From: an uncultured Planctomycetaceae bacterium
GTDB taxonomy: Bacteria > Planctomycetota > MHYJ01 > CAZWFP01
DNA length: 64,000 bases
NCBI GenBank assembly: GCA_964633175.1
Contig: CAZWFP010000001.1
Span: 942-64,941 of the forward strand
Direction of reading: 5' to 3'
The notes under the pieces were generated by a model. It saw only the letters and a program-made list of their open reading frames with translations, searched no databases and had not been told where the DNA came from. The translations under genes were made by a program, and so were the position numbers. Positions 1 to 8,993 of the stretch are shown here, in pieces; within the stretch, counting starts at the first letter, position 1, and the number at the start of each line of letters is the position of its first letter.

Positions 1-19
1 TTCATCTGGTCCCCTAGAT

Positions 20-1618
20 ATGAAAAAATTAATTATCTTATTGACCTATAGTTCGGGTATTTTCAATGAGAGTTTAAAGAATTTGCAAGATTTATACAAT
101 ACGGTAAGCGGTAACATTTTTGGCAAATATGCGAATGTTAATAATTGTAGTAGTTTTAATTCTCAGTTAAGCGAATCTTTAATATCGGAAAAGACAAGTA
201 TTATTGATCTTATGAAAAATCACATTGCTCAATTAGATGATGAAATTTTTACCCTATTTTCTCAGAATTATTTCAATGTGGTTTTAGCAAAATTATATGA
301 CAAAGCTCCAGATGTCTTAGCTGATATTCTAAATACAACAGATTTTCAGAAATTTTTGAATCAATATACTCAACTCAAAAATGATACGGTTGCAAAAAAT
401 AATAGATGTCAATTTTTAATATTTTCTTATATGGCTGTGGAACTAGACAATAAAGATGCTTTAAATTTTCTTATGGCTATTAATCAAACCGCTCTACTGT
501 GGCTTTTTCAGTATGGGAAAACCTACGCCTATGATATGCTTGACATAGAATGTAAGAAATTAGACGATATAGACAAAGTGAGTATATCTGAAACTCTTGG
601 CTTGGATCTCATAAAAGCGATAAAATTTTTAATTTCACTCAAATATGATATTTTTAGATATTTATCATTATTGCGACTTAATAAATGCTATGGGTTTGTG
701 GTTCCTGGGTTGGAGGGAAGAGGATGTAAAATAAATCAATATATAGAGCAAGTTGAAAGAATCCTAAAAAAATTTAAATGTGTATTTGATAATGAACAAC
801 TTGATGTATTATGCTTGTTGGAAAATGAGTTTGTAAAAAATCTTATAAGAGAAATTTTTGGTGGGAATACATCATTATCACAGGGACTCAATATTGATAG
901 AATTAAGGATAAAGATTTTTTATATGAAATTTCTCCGACACTTAACGAACAATGCTTAGATAAAAACCTGGAAGTATGTAATAAGTTTTATAGTGAAGGA
1001 TTTTTATCTCGTTCAGAAAGCGAAGGAAACATCTCTCCAGAAATATGGAGGGGAAATATACAGTATTTTTGTATTAAGGATAGTGTGAGTTCAAAGACAG
1101 GTCTTGATAATTTAAAGTTGTATTGTCCTGAACTAAAATTGCCCGACTGTAAAGATGTTCAAACTGTTGAAAAGCCGTCTATATGCATGCAATATAATGA
1201 AAGTAATGAAACTTACCAACTAAATGTTAATGACAAGTGTTTAGTAAGTTCGGAATGTTTTAATCTGGAGTCGAAGCTTGCCCCTGTATGGCGTGTAGCA
1301 GGACTATCTAGCCCTCAGTGGTTGATAGCAAGTAATCCTGAATTGGCTCCAAAAATCGAAATGAAGAAATTTTGTGAATTTATTTACGAAAGCTTATTAA
1401 AATGTTGTAGTATTATCACACAGATAAAATCTGATAATTTAGAGAACCAATTAAAAATATTTTATGCTCTACCCGAGATATGCACATATAAGGTAAAAGA
1501 TAATCTTAATTTTGATTATTCTTCTATATTTGCCGTTATAAGGAAGCATATAGAAGGAAGACCATCTGTGCTTAAAGAACTATATATGGGCTACCAGAAT
1601 AGCTCTATGTGTAAATAA
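20..1618 (+). CDS. hypothetical Cys-rich protein (about 20 Cys); the frame is open back to the window start, so the 5' end may be truncated
   Basis: 532-aa ORF with no recognisable motif. Many scattered Cys residues. No stop between nt 2 and the ATG at 20. Confidence 0.45.
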   Translation: MKKLIILLTYSSGIFNESLKNLQDLYNTVSGNIFGKYANVNNCSSFNSQLSESLISEKTSIIDLMKNHIAQLDDEIFTLFSQNYFNVVLAKLYDKAPDVLADILNTTDFQKFLNQYTQLKNDTVAKNNRCQFLIFSYMAVELDNKDALNFLMAINQTALLWLFQYGKTYAYDMLDIECKKLDDIDKVSISETLGLDLIKAIKFLISLKYDIFRYLSLLRLNKCYGFVVPGLEGRGCKINQYIEQVERILKKFKCVFDNEQLDVLCLLENEFVKNLIREIFGGNTSLSQGLNIDRIKDKDFLYEISPTLNEQCLDKNLEVCNKFYSEGFLSRSESEGNISPEIWRGNIQYFCIKDSVSSKTGLDNLKLYCPELKLPDCKDVQTVEKPSICMQYNESNETYQLNVNDKCLVSSECFNLESKLAPVWRVAGLSSPQWLIASNPELAPKIEMKKFCEFIYESLLKCCSIITQIKSDNLENQLKIFYALPEICTYKVKDNLNFDYSSIFAVIRKHIEGRPSVLKELYMGYQNSSMCK

Positions 1619-1660
1619 TTACAAGCAAAAGTTGTTTGTCATTGGAAAATAAAATTTGGT

Positions 1661-3547
1661 TTGGCGCAGGATTACGGTAGGATTCTGATTGCGACGCTTG
1701 GACATGTTGACCATGGGAAGAGCACTCTCGTTAAAACACTTACGGGGATTGATCCTGATAGATTGCCAGAGGAGAAGGTATTAGAAGGCACTACCGATTT
1801 AGGGTTCGCCTTTTTCAAAGCATTAAACAGTAAATTATACGGCTTTATTGATGTTCCTGGGCACAGGGATTATATAAAAAACCTTATTGTAGGCATTCTG
1901 AATGCACATTTCTATATTTTAGTTGTTGATGCTTATGAAGGTATTATGCCGCAGACGGTTGAACATATTCAGATTATTAAGTGCTTAAGAATGAAGTATG
2001 GAATAGTTGTGATATCCAAAATAGATATGGTAGAAGAAGTAAAGGCAAATGAGGTAGTAGAGGAAGTAAAATTACTATACCGCGAAAATAATTTAGAAAT
2101 GGTGCCTTATGTATTTGTGTCATTTGTGAAGAATATTGGGGTGGAAGAGTTAAAAAAGATTTTGACGCAGGCGTTGGAAAGAACGCCTGTGAAAGTAAAT
2201 GAACATGGATTTGTGTTAGCTGTAATGAGAACTTTTTCTTCTCGTGGGTTAGGAACGATTGTTACCGGTCCTGTTATACAGGGTAGAGTTGGGGAAGGGC
2301 AAACTGTATATACGATTAATGGCAAAAAAAGCATTGTCAGAAACATTAATATATTTAAAAATAAGGTTGATACTGCTTTTGCTGGTGTTACCGCCGCTTT
2401 AAATGTTCCTGATTTTGAGATAGATGATGTTAGAAGAGGAACAGTTTTGACTGACCAGCAAGGTATTCAGGGAGTAGATGATATATTAATTTTAATGTAT
2501 CATTCAGATGGGTTTAGTAAATATAAAGGTAAAAAGAGTTTATCGGTTGTTATGTTTATGCTTACCTTTCGCGCTGAATGCAAAGTGTTTTTTATAAAGC
2601 ATTTTGATGGCTTTTCTTTATGCAGGGTTAAATTCCCCCAAAAAACCTCCATATTTTCCTTGAACAGGTTTATTTGTTATACTAAAGATTTAAAAGAATT
2701 AATAGGCGCAGGAGAAGTGCTCTATGTAAATGTTAATGAAATAAAAATTAAAGATTTCAATGCTAGTTTTGCTAATAATTTTGAGTATGCAAAATATGAA
2801 AGCAATAAACTATTTTATCTACTTAATACCGTTTTGAATATTTGTGGCTTTTTAAATGCGAAAGAACTAAATAATATACTAAATCTGACATTTTCTGAAC
2901 TTGGCAACATAACAAGTAGTAATTGTGAAGATATAAAAATATTTAATAACGACTTAGTAATTAGCGTTAATACAGCGCGTCAAATTGTAAAAAGTGTTAT
3001 AGATGCATATCACAAAAGCAATCCTTATGAATATGGTATTTCTTTACAGAATATCTCTTTGAAGATTGATTTAGAACAAGATACGTTAAAGAGTATATTG
3101 AATGATATGGTAAACAACAATGAAATTGAAGAGTATAAAGGATTGTATCGTTTAACAAATTTCAAAATTGCGGCTAATAAGAAGGTAGATGAACTTATTG
3201 ATAAATTAAGGAATATATTTTTGGAGAATTCTTTTATTACCTTTTCACAAGATGAATTATTGCAATTTATACCTGAACAGAAGGTATTTGCAGTTGCTTT
3301 TGAAAGATTAAAGAGCGAGCAAGAGATAATTCACATAGGGGGGAATAGGTGGATTAGCAAAGAGGGATTGGATAAGGTGATAGGGATATTGAGGAAGAAC
3401 AAAGATAAATTTAATAATGGTTTTTCTCCGAAAGAGGTAAAATCATTTTTCGGTGATTTATCCCGAAAACATTTAATACCAATCTTGGAATATTTAGATA
3501 GAATAGGTGTAACAAGGAGGGTACAAGACAAAAGATTTTTGTTATGA
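1661..3547 (+). CDS. selB: selenocysteine-specific translation elongation factor SelB
   Basis: N-terminal GTPase with the SelB-typical 'ILIATLGHVDHGKSTL' G1, DVPGH G3 and SKID G4 motifs. The 628-aa length leaves room for a C-terminal winged-helix extension. Called from a TTG start. Confidence 0.85.
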   Translation: MAQDYGRILIATLGHVDHGKSTLVKTLTGIDPDRLPEEKVLEGTTDLGFAFFKALNSKLYGFIDVPGHRDYIKNLIVGILNAHFYILVVDAYEGIMPQTVEHIQIIKCLRMKYGIVVISKIDMVEEVKANEVVEEVKLLYRENNLEMVPYVFVSFVKNIGVEELKKILTQALERTPVKVNEHGFVLAVMRTFSSRGLGTIVTGPVIQGRVGEGQTVYTINGKKSIVRNINIFKNKVDTAFAGVTAALNVPDFEIDDVRRGTVLTDQQGIQGVDDILILMYHSDGFSKYKGKKSLSVVMFMLTFRAECKVFFIKHFDGFSLCRVKFPQKTSIFSLNRFICYTKDLKELIGAGEVLYVNVNEIKIKDFNASFANNFEYAKYESNKLFYLLNTVLNICGFLNAKELNNILNLTFSELGNITSSNCEDIKIFNNDLVISVNTARQIVKSVIDAYHKSNPYEYGISLQNISLKIDLEQDTLKSILNDMVNNNEIEEYKGLYRLTNFKIAANKKVDELIDKLRNIFLENSFITFSQDELLQFIPEQKVFAVAFERLKSEQEIIHIGGNRWISKEGLDKVIGILRKNKDKFNNGFSPKEVKSFFGDLSRKHLIPILEYLDRIGVTRRVQDKRFLL

Positions 3548-4266
3548 GGATAGGGGTAATTATTCCCGCCGCCGGAACAGGTAAAAGGTTTGGCACTGTT
3601 TATAAACCTTTCCTTAAAATCAATAATAAAACCGTGTTGGAAATAGTATTAAACAGGTTTTTGAGATTACCTAATGTGAGAGAGATTGTAGTTGTTGCAA
3701 AGGAAAATTATGTAGATAAGGTAAAAAGAATAATAAGCGCGAAATTCAATCTTACACGTTCTGAGTTTAAAAATTCAAGTTTAAGAGTTGGTGTTGTTCC
3801 GGGTGGTAAGGAGAGAAAGTTTTCAGTATATAATGCGTTTAAAAAACTTGCTAGTAGTATAGATGTAGTAATAATTCACGATGCTGTAAGACCTATTTTT
3901 GACCTGAAACTGCTGACTTTGATGTTAAAAAAAATTAAGTATTGTAATGCAATTATACCTGTGAAGCCAATATCTGATACTGTGAAGTTGATAGAAGATG
4001 ACTATGTGAAGGAAACAGTTGACAGAGGTAAATTATTTTTATCTTTTACTCCTCAGGTTTTTAAAAAAAATATCTTAGAATTTGCTTACAAGAAAGTTAA
4101 TATTAATAAATATATGATAACTGATGAGGCGCAACTTATAGAGATAGCGGGTAAGAAAGTTAATACAATTATACATAGTGGCTATAATGTAAAAATAACC
4201 TATCCGGAAGATTATGAAATGGTTAAGGGTTTACTACATAAAGATGATAATGCTTATTATGATTAA
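3544..4266 (+). CDS. ispD: 2-C-methyl-D-erythritol 4-phosphate cytidylyltransferase (IspD)
   Basis: N-terminal 'IGVIIPAAGTGKRFG...KPFL' nucleotidyltransferase signature of IspD. About 240 aa. Its ATG overlaps the selB TGA (ATGA). Confidence 0.7.
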   Translation: MRIGVIIPAAGTGKRFGTVYKPFLKINNKTVLEIVLNRFLRLPNVREIVVVAKENYVDKVKRIISAKFNLTRSEFKNSSLRVGVVPGGKERKFSVYNAFKKLASSIDVVIIHDAVRPIFDLKLLTLMLKKIKYCNAIIPVKPISDTVKLIEDDYVKETVDRGKLFLSFTPQVFKKNILEFAYKKVNINKYMITDEAQLIEIAGKKVNTIIHSGYNVKITYPEDYEMVKGLLHKDDNAYYD

Positions 4267-4285
4267 AATCTGATATCGGGTTATT

Positions 4286-6442
4286 ATGGTTGATACCAAT
4301 ATAAAACAGATAATAGATGATAAAAAGATACTACAGGTGTTGCTTAGAACCCTTATGGGAAAGGAGAGGTTGTCGCCTGATGATTTGACCCTTGTGCTAG
4401 ATATGACAGTTCAGAAAATTGTTGAAATATTGAATGTTGAAGCCATAAGTGTATATTTTGTGGATACAGATAATATGATAAAGTTTACTAGCGTTTACTA
4501 TTCACCGAGCCTTTACAGAAATGATTCGGCAAAGGAGAAAGAGTTTAAAGAAAAAACCAATAAACTATTAGGGATAAAAATAAAAATAGGTGAAGGTAGG
4601 GTGGGGAAGTCCATACAGGAGTGTAAACCGGATATTATGAACGATGCCATGGTTGGTGAGACAGGTAAAAAGATATCAGAGACAGTTAGTTTTACGATAA
4701 AGAATATGCTTACAATTCCCATAGTTTTAGATGGGAAAGGCATTGGCGCTTTGCAGTTGTTGAATAAGACCGCAAAAAAAGATAATTCTTACCAGGAATT
4801 TACAGAGGACGATGCGAAAGTAATTTCGGAGGTTGCAAGATATTGTGCTCGTCTTATAGAAAGGATAAGATATCCTGAAAGGAAACTAAAAGAGGATGAA
4901 TTAGTAGAGATAACGGCAAAATTGTATGGGACTAAAGTTATAAAGTTAGGGCAGGATAAAGACCCTGACCCAAAACTTATTGAAGCAATAGGAGAGGAGG
5001 TAATAAGGGACTTAAATATTATTCCTCTTGAAAAAACATCAACAAGCGGGGTAAGTGTGGTTATGTCTAATCCGTGGGATGTATATAAAAGGGATAATTT
5101 TGAAATCAGGACCCGTTTCGTAATAGATAAGGTATTTGTTTGCCCTGAAAGTATAATAAAAAAATTCATAGATAAAACATTTACAAGAGGTGAATTTGCG
5201 TCGCTATCGGAGAAGTTGTCGGCGGAATTTGGAACAGGGGTTGAAACAGTTCAAATTTCTGAGGATGTGGATGAAAATAGTTCGCCGGTAGTCCAATTGG
5301 TGAACAATATTATAGAAGATGCATATTTACGTGGCGCATCAGATATACATATAGAACCACGTGAAGGTGTTTCTATCGTTCGATATAGAATAGACGGTTA
5401 TTTAAAGGAGGTGTTGAGACTGCCAATAGGAGTTCACAAAGCGATTGTGTCCCGTCATAAGATTATGGCAAACCTTGATATTGCAGAAAGACGCCTCCCA
5501 CAAGATGGCAGAATTGCATTTAAAAATTATAGCAAAAAAGGCATTAACATTGATTTGCGACTTTCTACCGCACCTCTTATTCACGGGGAAAAAATCGTAA
5601 TGAGAATCCTGGATAAGACAGGGTCTATTTTACCATTAGAGGCGATGGGATTCAGTGAACACAATTTGAAATTATATAAAGAAGCCATTACAAAGCCGTA
5701 CGGTATGATTTTGCATACAGGTCCTACAGGCAGTGGAAAGACGACTACTCTTTATTCAGCATTATCAACTATAAATACCCCTGATATTAATATCCAAACA
5801 GCTGAGGACCCCGTAGAATATACATTATCTGGTATTAATCAATTACAGGTTCAAAAAGAGATTGGCTTAACTTTTGCATCCGCCCTGCGTTCATTTTTAC
5901 GGCAGGACCCTGATGTTATATTAGTGGGTGAAATAAGAGACAAAGAGACAGCAACTATCGCAGTGGAGGCAGCATTAACAGGCCACTTGCTTTTTTCTAC
6001 ACTCCATACCAATGATGCCCCAGGAACTATTACACGTCTTGAAGAGATGGGTATAGAACCATTCTTAATTAGCGCTTCATTGGTTTGTATCTGCGCTCAG
6101 CGACTTGCACGACGTCTGTGTCCAAAGTGTAAAATACCTGTAAAACCACAAAAAGAAGAACTACAGGTGTTAGGGGTAGATAACCCTGACCTTACAATTT
6201 ATAAACCAAAAGGATGTTCAAATTGTAACGATACCGGTTATAAAGGAAGAATAGGTATACATGAACTACTGGTAGTTACCCCTGCACTTCGCTCATTAAT
6301 TGCTAAAGGTGGTTCTACCGAGGCATTGAGAGAAGTTGCTATTAAAGAAGGTATGATTCCATTGTTTAAAGATGCCATGGCTAAAGTCGTTAAAGGTATT
6401 ACATCTATAGAAGAAGCATTAACCGTTGTTAAAGAAGATTGA
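4286..6442 (+). CDS. GspE/PilB-family secretion ATPase with N-terminal GAF domain and C-terminal tetra-Cys zinc finger
   Basis: Walker A 'GPTGSGKTTT' and the 'GEIRD...TGHLLFSTLHTND' His-box typical of PilB/GspE. C-terminal CPKC...CSNC Zn motif. Residues about 10–190 look like a GAF domain, followed by a T2SSE_N-like segment. Confidence 0.8.
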   Translation: MVDTNIKQIIDDKKILQVLLRTLMGKERLSPDDLTLVLDMTVQKIVEILNVEAISVYFVDTDNMIKFTSVYYSPSLYRNDSAKEKEFKEKTNKLLGIKIKIGEGRVGKSIQECKPDIMNDAMVGETGKKISETVSFTIKNMLTIPIVLDGKGIGALQLLNKTAKKDNSYQEFTEDDAKVISEVARYCARLIERIRYPERKLKEDELVEITAKLYGTKVIKLGQDKDPDPKLIEAIGEEVIRDLNIIPLEKTSTSGVSVVMSNPWDVYKRDNFEIRTRFVIDKVFVCPESIIKKFIDKTFTRGEFASLSEKLSAEFGTGVETVQISEDVDENSSPVVQLVNNIIEDAYLRGASDIHIEPREGVSIVRYRIDGYLKEVLRLPIGVHKAIVSRHKIMANLDIAERRLPQDGRIAFKNYSKKGINIDLRLSTAPLIHGEKIVMRILDKTGSILPLEAMGFSEHNLKLYKEAITKPYGMILHTGPTGSGKTTTLYSALSTINTPDINIQTAEDPVEYTLSGINQLQVQKEIGLTFASALRSFLRQDPDVILVGEIRDKETATIAVEAALTGHLLFSTLHTNDAPGTITRLEEMGIEPFLISASLVCICAQRLARRLCPKCKIPVKPQKEELQVLGVDNPDLTIYKPKGCSNCNDTGYKGRIGIHELLVVTPALRSLIAKGGSTEALREVAIKEGMIPLFKDAMAKVVKGITSIEEALTVVKED

Positions 6443-6466
6443 TAATAAACAGCGGAAAGCCAGCTA

Positions 6467-7582
6467 ATGTATAGCCAATCCAATATATCTGTTCCATATA
6501 ACTCTTTCAAAAATTATTTAAGAAAGAGGTTTGGAAAGTTAAAAGTATATAAAATTCCTGTTGACGCTGGCTTTACATGTCCTAATATAGATGGAACAAA
6601 ATCTTACGGAGGATGTTATTATTGTAATAACAAAGCGTTTAGTCCAAATTCAAGAACACAATTATTGCCACTTGATTTACAAATATATAACTCAATAGAA
6701 TATTACAAAAAATACAGAAAAGCTGAAAAGTTCATACTGTATTTTCAGGCATATACTAATACTTATGTAAGAGGTCAAAGTTCAGAACTCAAAACAGCCA
6801 AAAGCCAAGGGTTAGAAGGTGATAATAACTGGTCAATGGCAACTGATAAGAAGGATAACGATAAAGAAAAACTAATTACTGGTCAATCGCCACTGGCTAC
6901 TAACAAGATACCTGACGAGATTAACTTCTATACTACCTATAAATTGAAAGAAATATATGATTTTGCGTATAAGTTTGATGACATTGTGGGTATATCTATA
7001 GGGACGAGGCCTGATTGTGTTAATAGAGAAATTTTAGAATTAATAGATAGTTATACGAAAAAATTTGATGTTTGGATTGAGTATGGTTTGCAGAGCGTTC
7101 ACAATAAAACATTGGAACTTGTTAATAGAGCGCATACTTATGAAGATTTTATAAATGCTATTGAGTTAACATCATTATTTCCGAATATTAAGGTTGCCGC
7201 GCATACAATAGTAGGTTTGCCGGGTGAATCAGAAGACGAGATTTTACAGACATATAAATCAATATCTATTTATCCAATAGATGCAATAAAGATTGAACAT
7301 TTATATATTGCAAAAGATACTGTGTTTTATAACTGGTATAAAAGTAATAAGATAAAGGTATACGAAAATTTTAATGACTATTTGAATATACTGGGTAAAA
7401 TCATTACTCTTGTTTCTTCAAATTGGTATATTCAACGTCTTATCGGGGAGATAAACAGCGACTATGTAGTAGCGCCACAGTGGAATTTAAGCAAAAACCA
7501 AATTCAACAAAAAATTGTGGAATACTTTAAAGAAAATAATATATATCAGGGTAAGTTTGCTAATAACTTTCAACGTATATAA
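6467..7582 (+). CDS. radical SAM protein, TIGR01212/YhcC-like family
   Basis: 'IPVDAGFTCPNIDGTKSYGGCYYCNN' matches the CPNxDG...GGCxYC cluster of the YhcC family. Contains an about 60-aa hydrophilic insertion. Confidence 0.6.
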   Translation: MYSQSNISVPYNSFKNYLRKRFGKLKVYKIPVDAGFTCPNIDGTKSYGGCYYCNNKAFSPNSRTQLLPLDLQIYNSIEYYKKYRKAEKFILYFQAYTNTYVRGQSSELKTAKSQGLEGDNNWSMATDKKDNDKEKLITGQSPLATNKIPDEINFYTTYKLKEIYDFAYKFDDIVGISIGTRPDCVNREILELIDSYTKKFDVWIEYGLQSVHNKTLELVNRAHTYEDFINAIELTSLFPNIKVAAHTIVGLPGESEDEILQTYKSISIYPIDAIKIEHLYIAKDTVFYNWYKSNKIKVYENFNDYLNILGKIITLVSSNWYIQRLIGEINSDYVVAPQWNLSKNQIQQKIVEYFKENNIYQGKFANNFQRI

Positions 7583-7583
7583 A

Positions 7584-8489
7584 GTGGGTCTGTTTGATTT
7601 ATTGAAAAAAGGCGTTGAGAGATTTAAATCCAAGATTAGTCAATTAAAAACCATCGTATTTGGTTCTAAAACGCTTGAAGAAACTTTGCAGGATTTAGAG
7701 AAGGAATTGTTAAGTTGGGATGTTGGAGTGGAAGTTACATCGGATTTTCTGAGGGAATTAAAACGGGTGAGCATATCGGAAAATTTAGCGACAAGTAGGG
7801 AAAGGATAATTTATAAGTTGAAAGAATTATTTTTACAAACTCTCGGTCAATACGTCCCCGTAACATTAAAAAGTAATGAAATTAATGTTTTCCTTATATG
7901 TGGCGTTAACGGGACGGGTAAAACAAGTTCTTCTGTTAAATTAGCGCACCTTTTTAAGAAAGACGGTAATAAAGTGTTAATAGGGGGAGCGGATACTTTT
8001 CGCGCCGCCGCTATTGAACAATTGAAAAACCTCTGTGAAAAATATAATGTTGATTATGTCACTTCTTCTTACCAAGCTGACCCCGCTTCCGTCGCTTATA
8101 ATGCCCTAGATAAAGCTTTATCTTCTAATTATAATTTGGTTATACTAGATACAGGAGGAAGATTGCATACTAAAACAGGTCTTATGGAAGAATTAAAAAA
8201 AATTAAAAAGGTTTGCTACAAGAAACTTAAAAAAGAGGTAGAACATACGCTTCTTGTCCTTGATAGCACTTATGGACAAAATGCTAAAAATCAGGCAAAA
8301 GAATTTAATGAGTTTATGAACCTTTCCGGCGTAATACTCACTAAATTAGATAGCACCTCAAAAGGAGGATTTATTTTTTCTATAAAAAAAGACCTAAATT
8401 TAGGAGTTAAATTTATAAGTTTCGGTGAGGCAATAGATAACTTTTCTCATTTTAATCCTAACGATTTCGTAGAAGAATTATTTAATTAA
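7584..8489 (+). CDS. ftsY: signal recognition particle receptor FtsY
   Basis: 'GVNGTGKTSS' P-loop, 'LILDTGGRLH', 'ILTKLDSTSKGG' SRP-GTPase motifs. The GTG at 7584 gives the canonical 'GLFDLLKKG' N-terminus immediately after the upstream stop. The ORF track's 7515 start overlaps the previous gene. Confidence 0.8.
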   Translation: MGLFDLLKKGVERFKSKISQLKTIVFGSKTLEETLQDLEKELLSWDVGVEVTSDFLRELKRVSISENLATSRERIIYKLKELFLQTLGQYVPVTLKSNEINVFLICGVNGTGKTSSSVKLAHLFKKDGNKVLIGGADTFRAAAIEQLKNLCEKYNVDYVTSSYQADPASVAYNALDKALSSNYNLVILDTGGRLHTKTGLMEELKKIKKVCYKKLKKEVEHTLLVLDSTYGQNAKNQAKEFNEFMNLSGVILTKLDSTSKGGFIFSIKKDLNLGVKFISFGEAIDNFSHFNPNDFVEELFN

Positions 8490-8554
8490 GCACCTATCAA
8501 TTTTTTCTTTTCGTTTCATCATTTAATATTTAACACTTATTATTTAAATTATTT

Positions 8555-8612
8555 TATTACGAGTTTGCGAGTTTAGCTAGTATATTTTTCATTAAACCTT
8601 GAACTTTTAAAC
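8555..8612 (+). repeat. 'TTATTACGAGTTT…TTTTCATTAAACCTTGAA' intergenic element (copy 1 of 3)
   Basis: Shares 'TTATT(A/T)CGAGTT' and 'TTTTTCATTAAACCTTTGAA' blocks with 24331–24390 and, as a compact version, with 53224–53262. Confidence 0.5.
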
Positions 8613-8780
8613 GTTGGCTTTCACTCTTGCTTTAGCTTTGTGCCATGTTATGTTAAATTTATACAGTTTTCACATTTTTAAAACTATAATTTTCTTCCAA
8701 TATAAACGTAGATTAAGATGCAGAGGTTAAAGAAATATAAAATGCACCAGCAAAGGTGTAAAAAGCATTGTTTGTTTTAC

Positions 8781-8809
8781 TTGACAGATAAGAAAAATAT
8801 TTTAATATA
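8781..8809 (+). promoter_or_regulatory. candidate sigma70-type promoter (TTGACA-17 nt-TAATAT) upstream of the OMP gene
   Basis: TTGACA at 8781–8786, a 17-nt spacer, TAATAT at 8804–8809. Lies in the 504-bp non-coding gap. Confidence 0.3.
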
Positions 8810-8993
8810 GAACCATTTTTAAAATGGGGGCATGGTTTAAAAAGAAAGGGGAAGGTAAAAAGAAGGGGAGAAAGATATGATAATAAAAAAGATAATGCGA
8901 AAGGAGGTGAGACAGGTTTTAGGGTTGGATAGTGAAGCAAAGAAGATGCAAGATGCGCGAAACAATCAATTTTTATTTTGGAGGTGAAATAGC

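Noticed and set aside
8713-8940. 75-aa minus-strand ORF in the 8.5–9.0 kb gap
   Set aside because: Low-complexity Pro/Leu/Ser/Phe translation of a polypurine tract. No RBS. Lies in a probable leader region.
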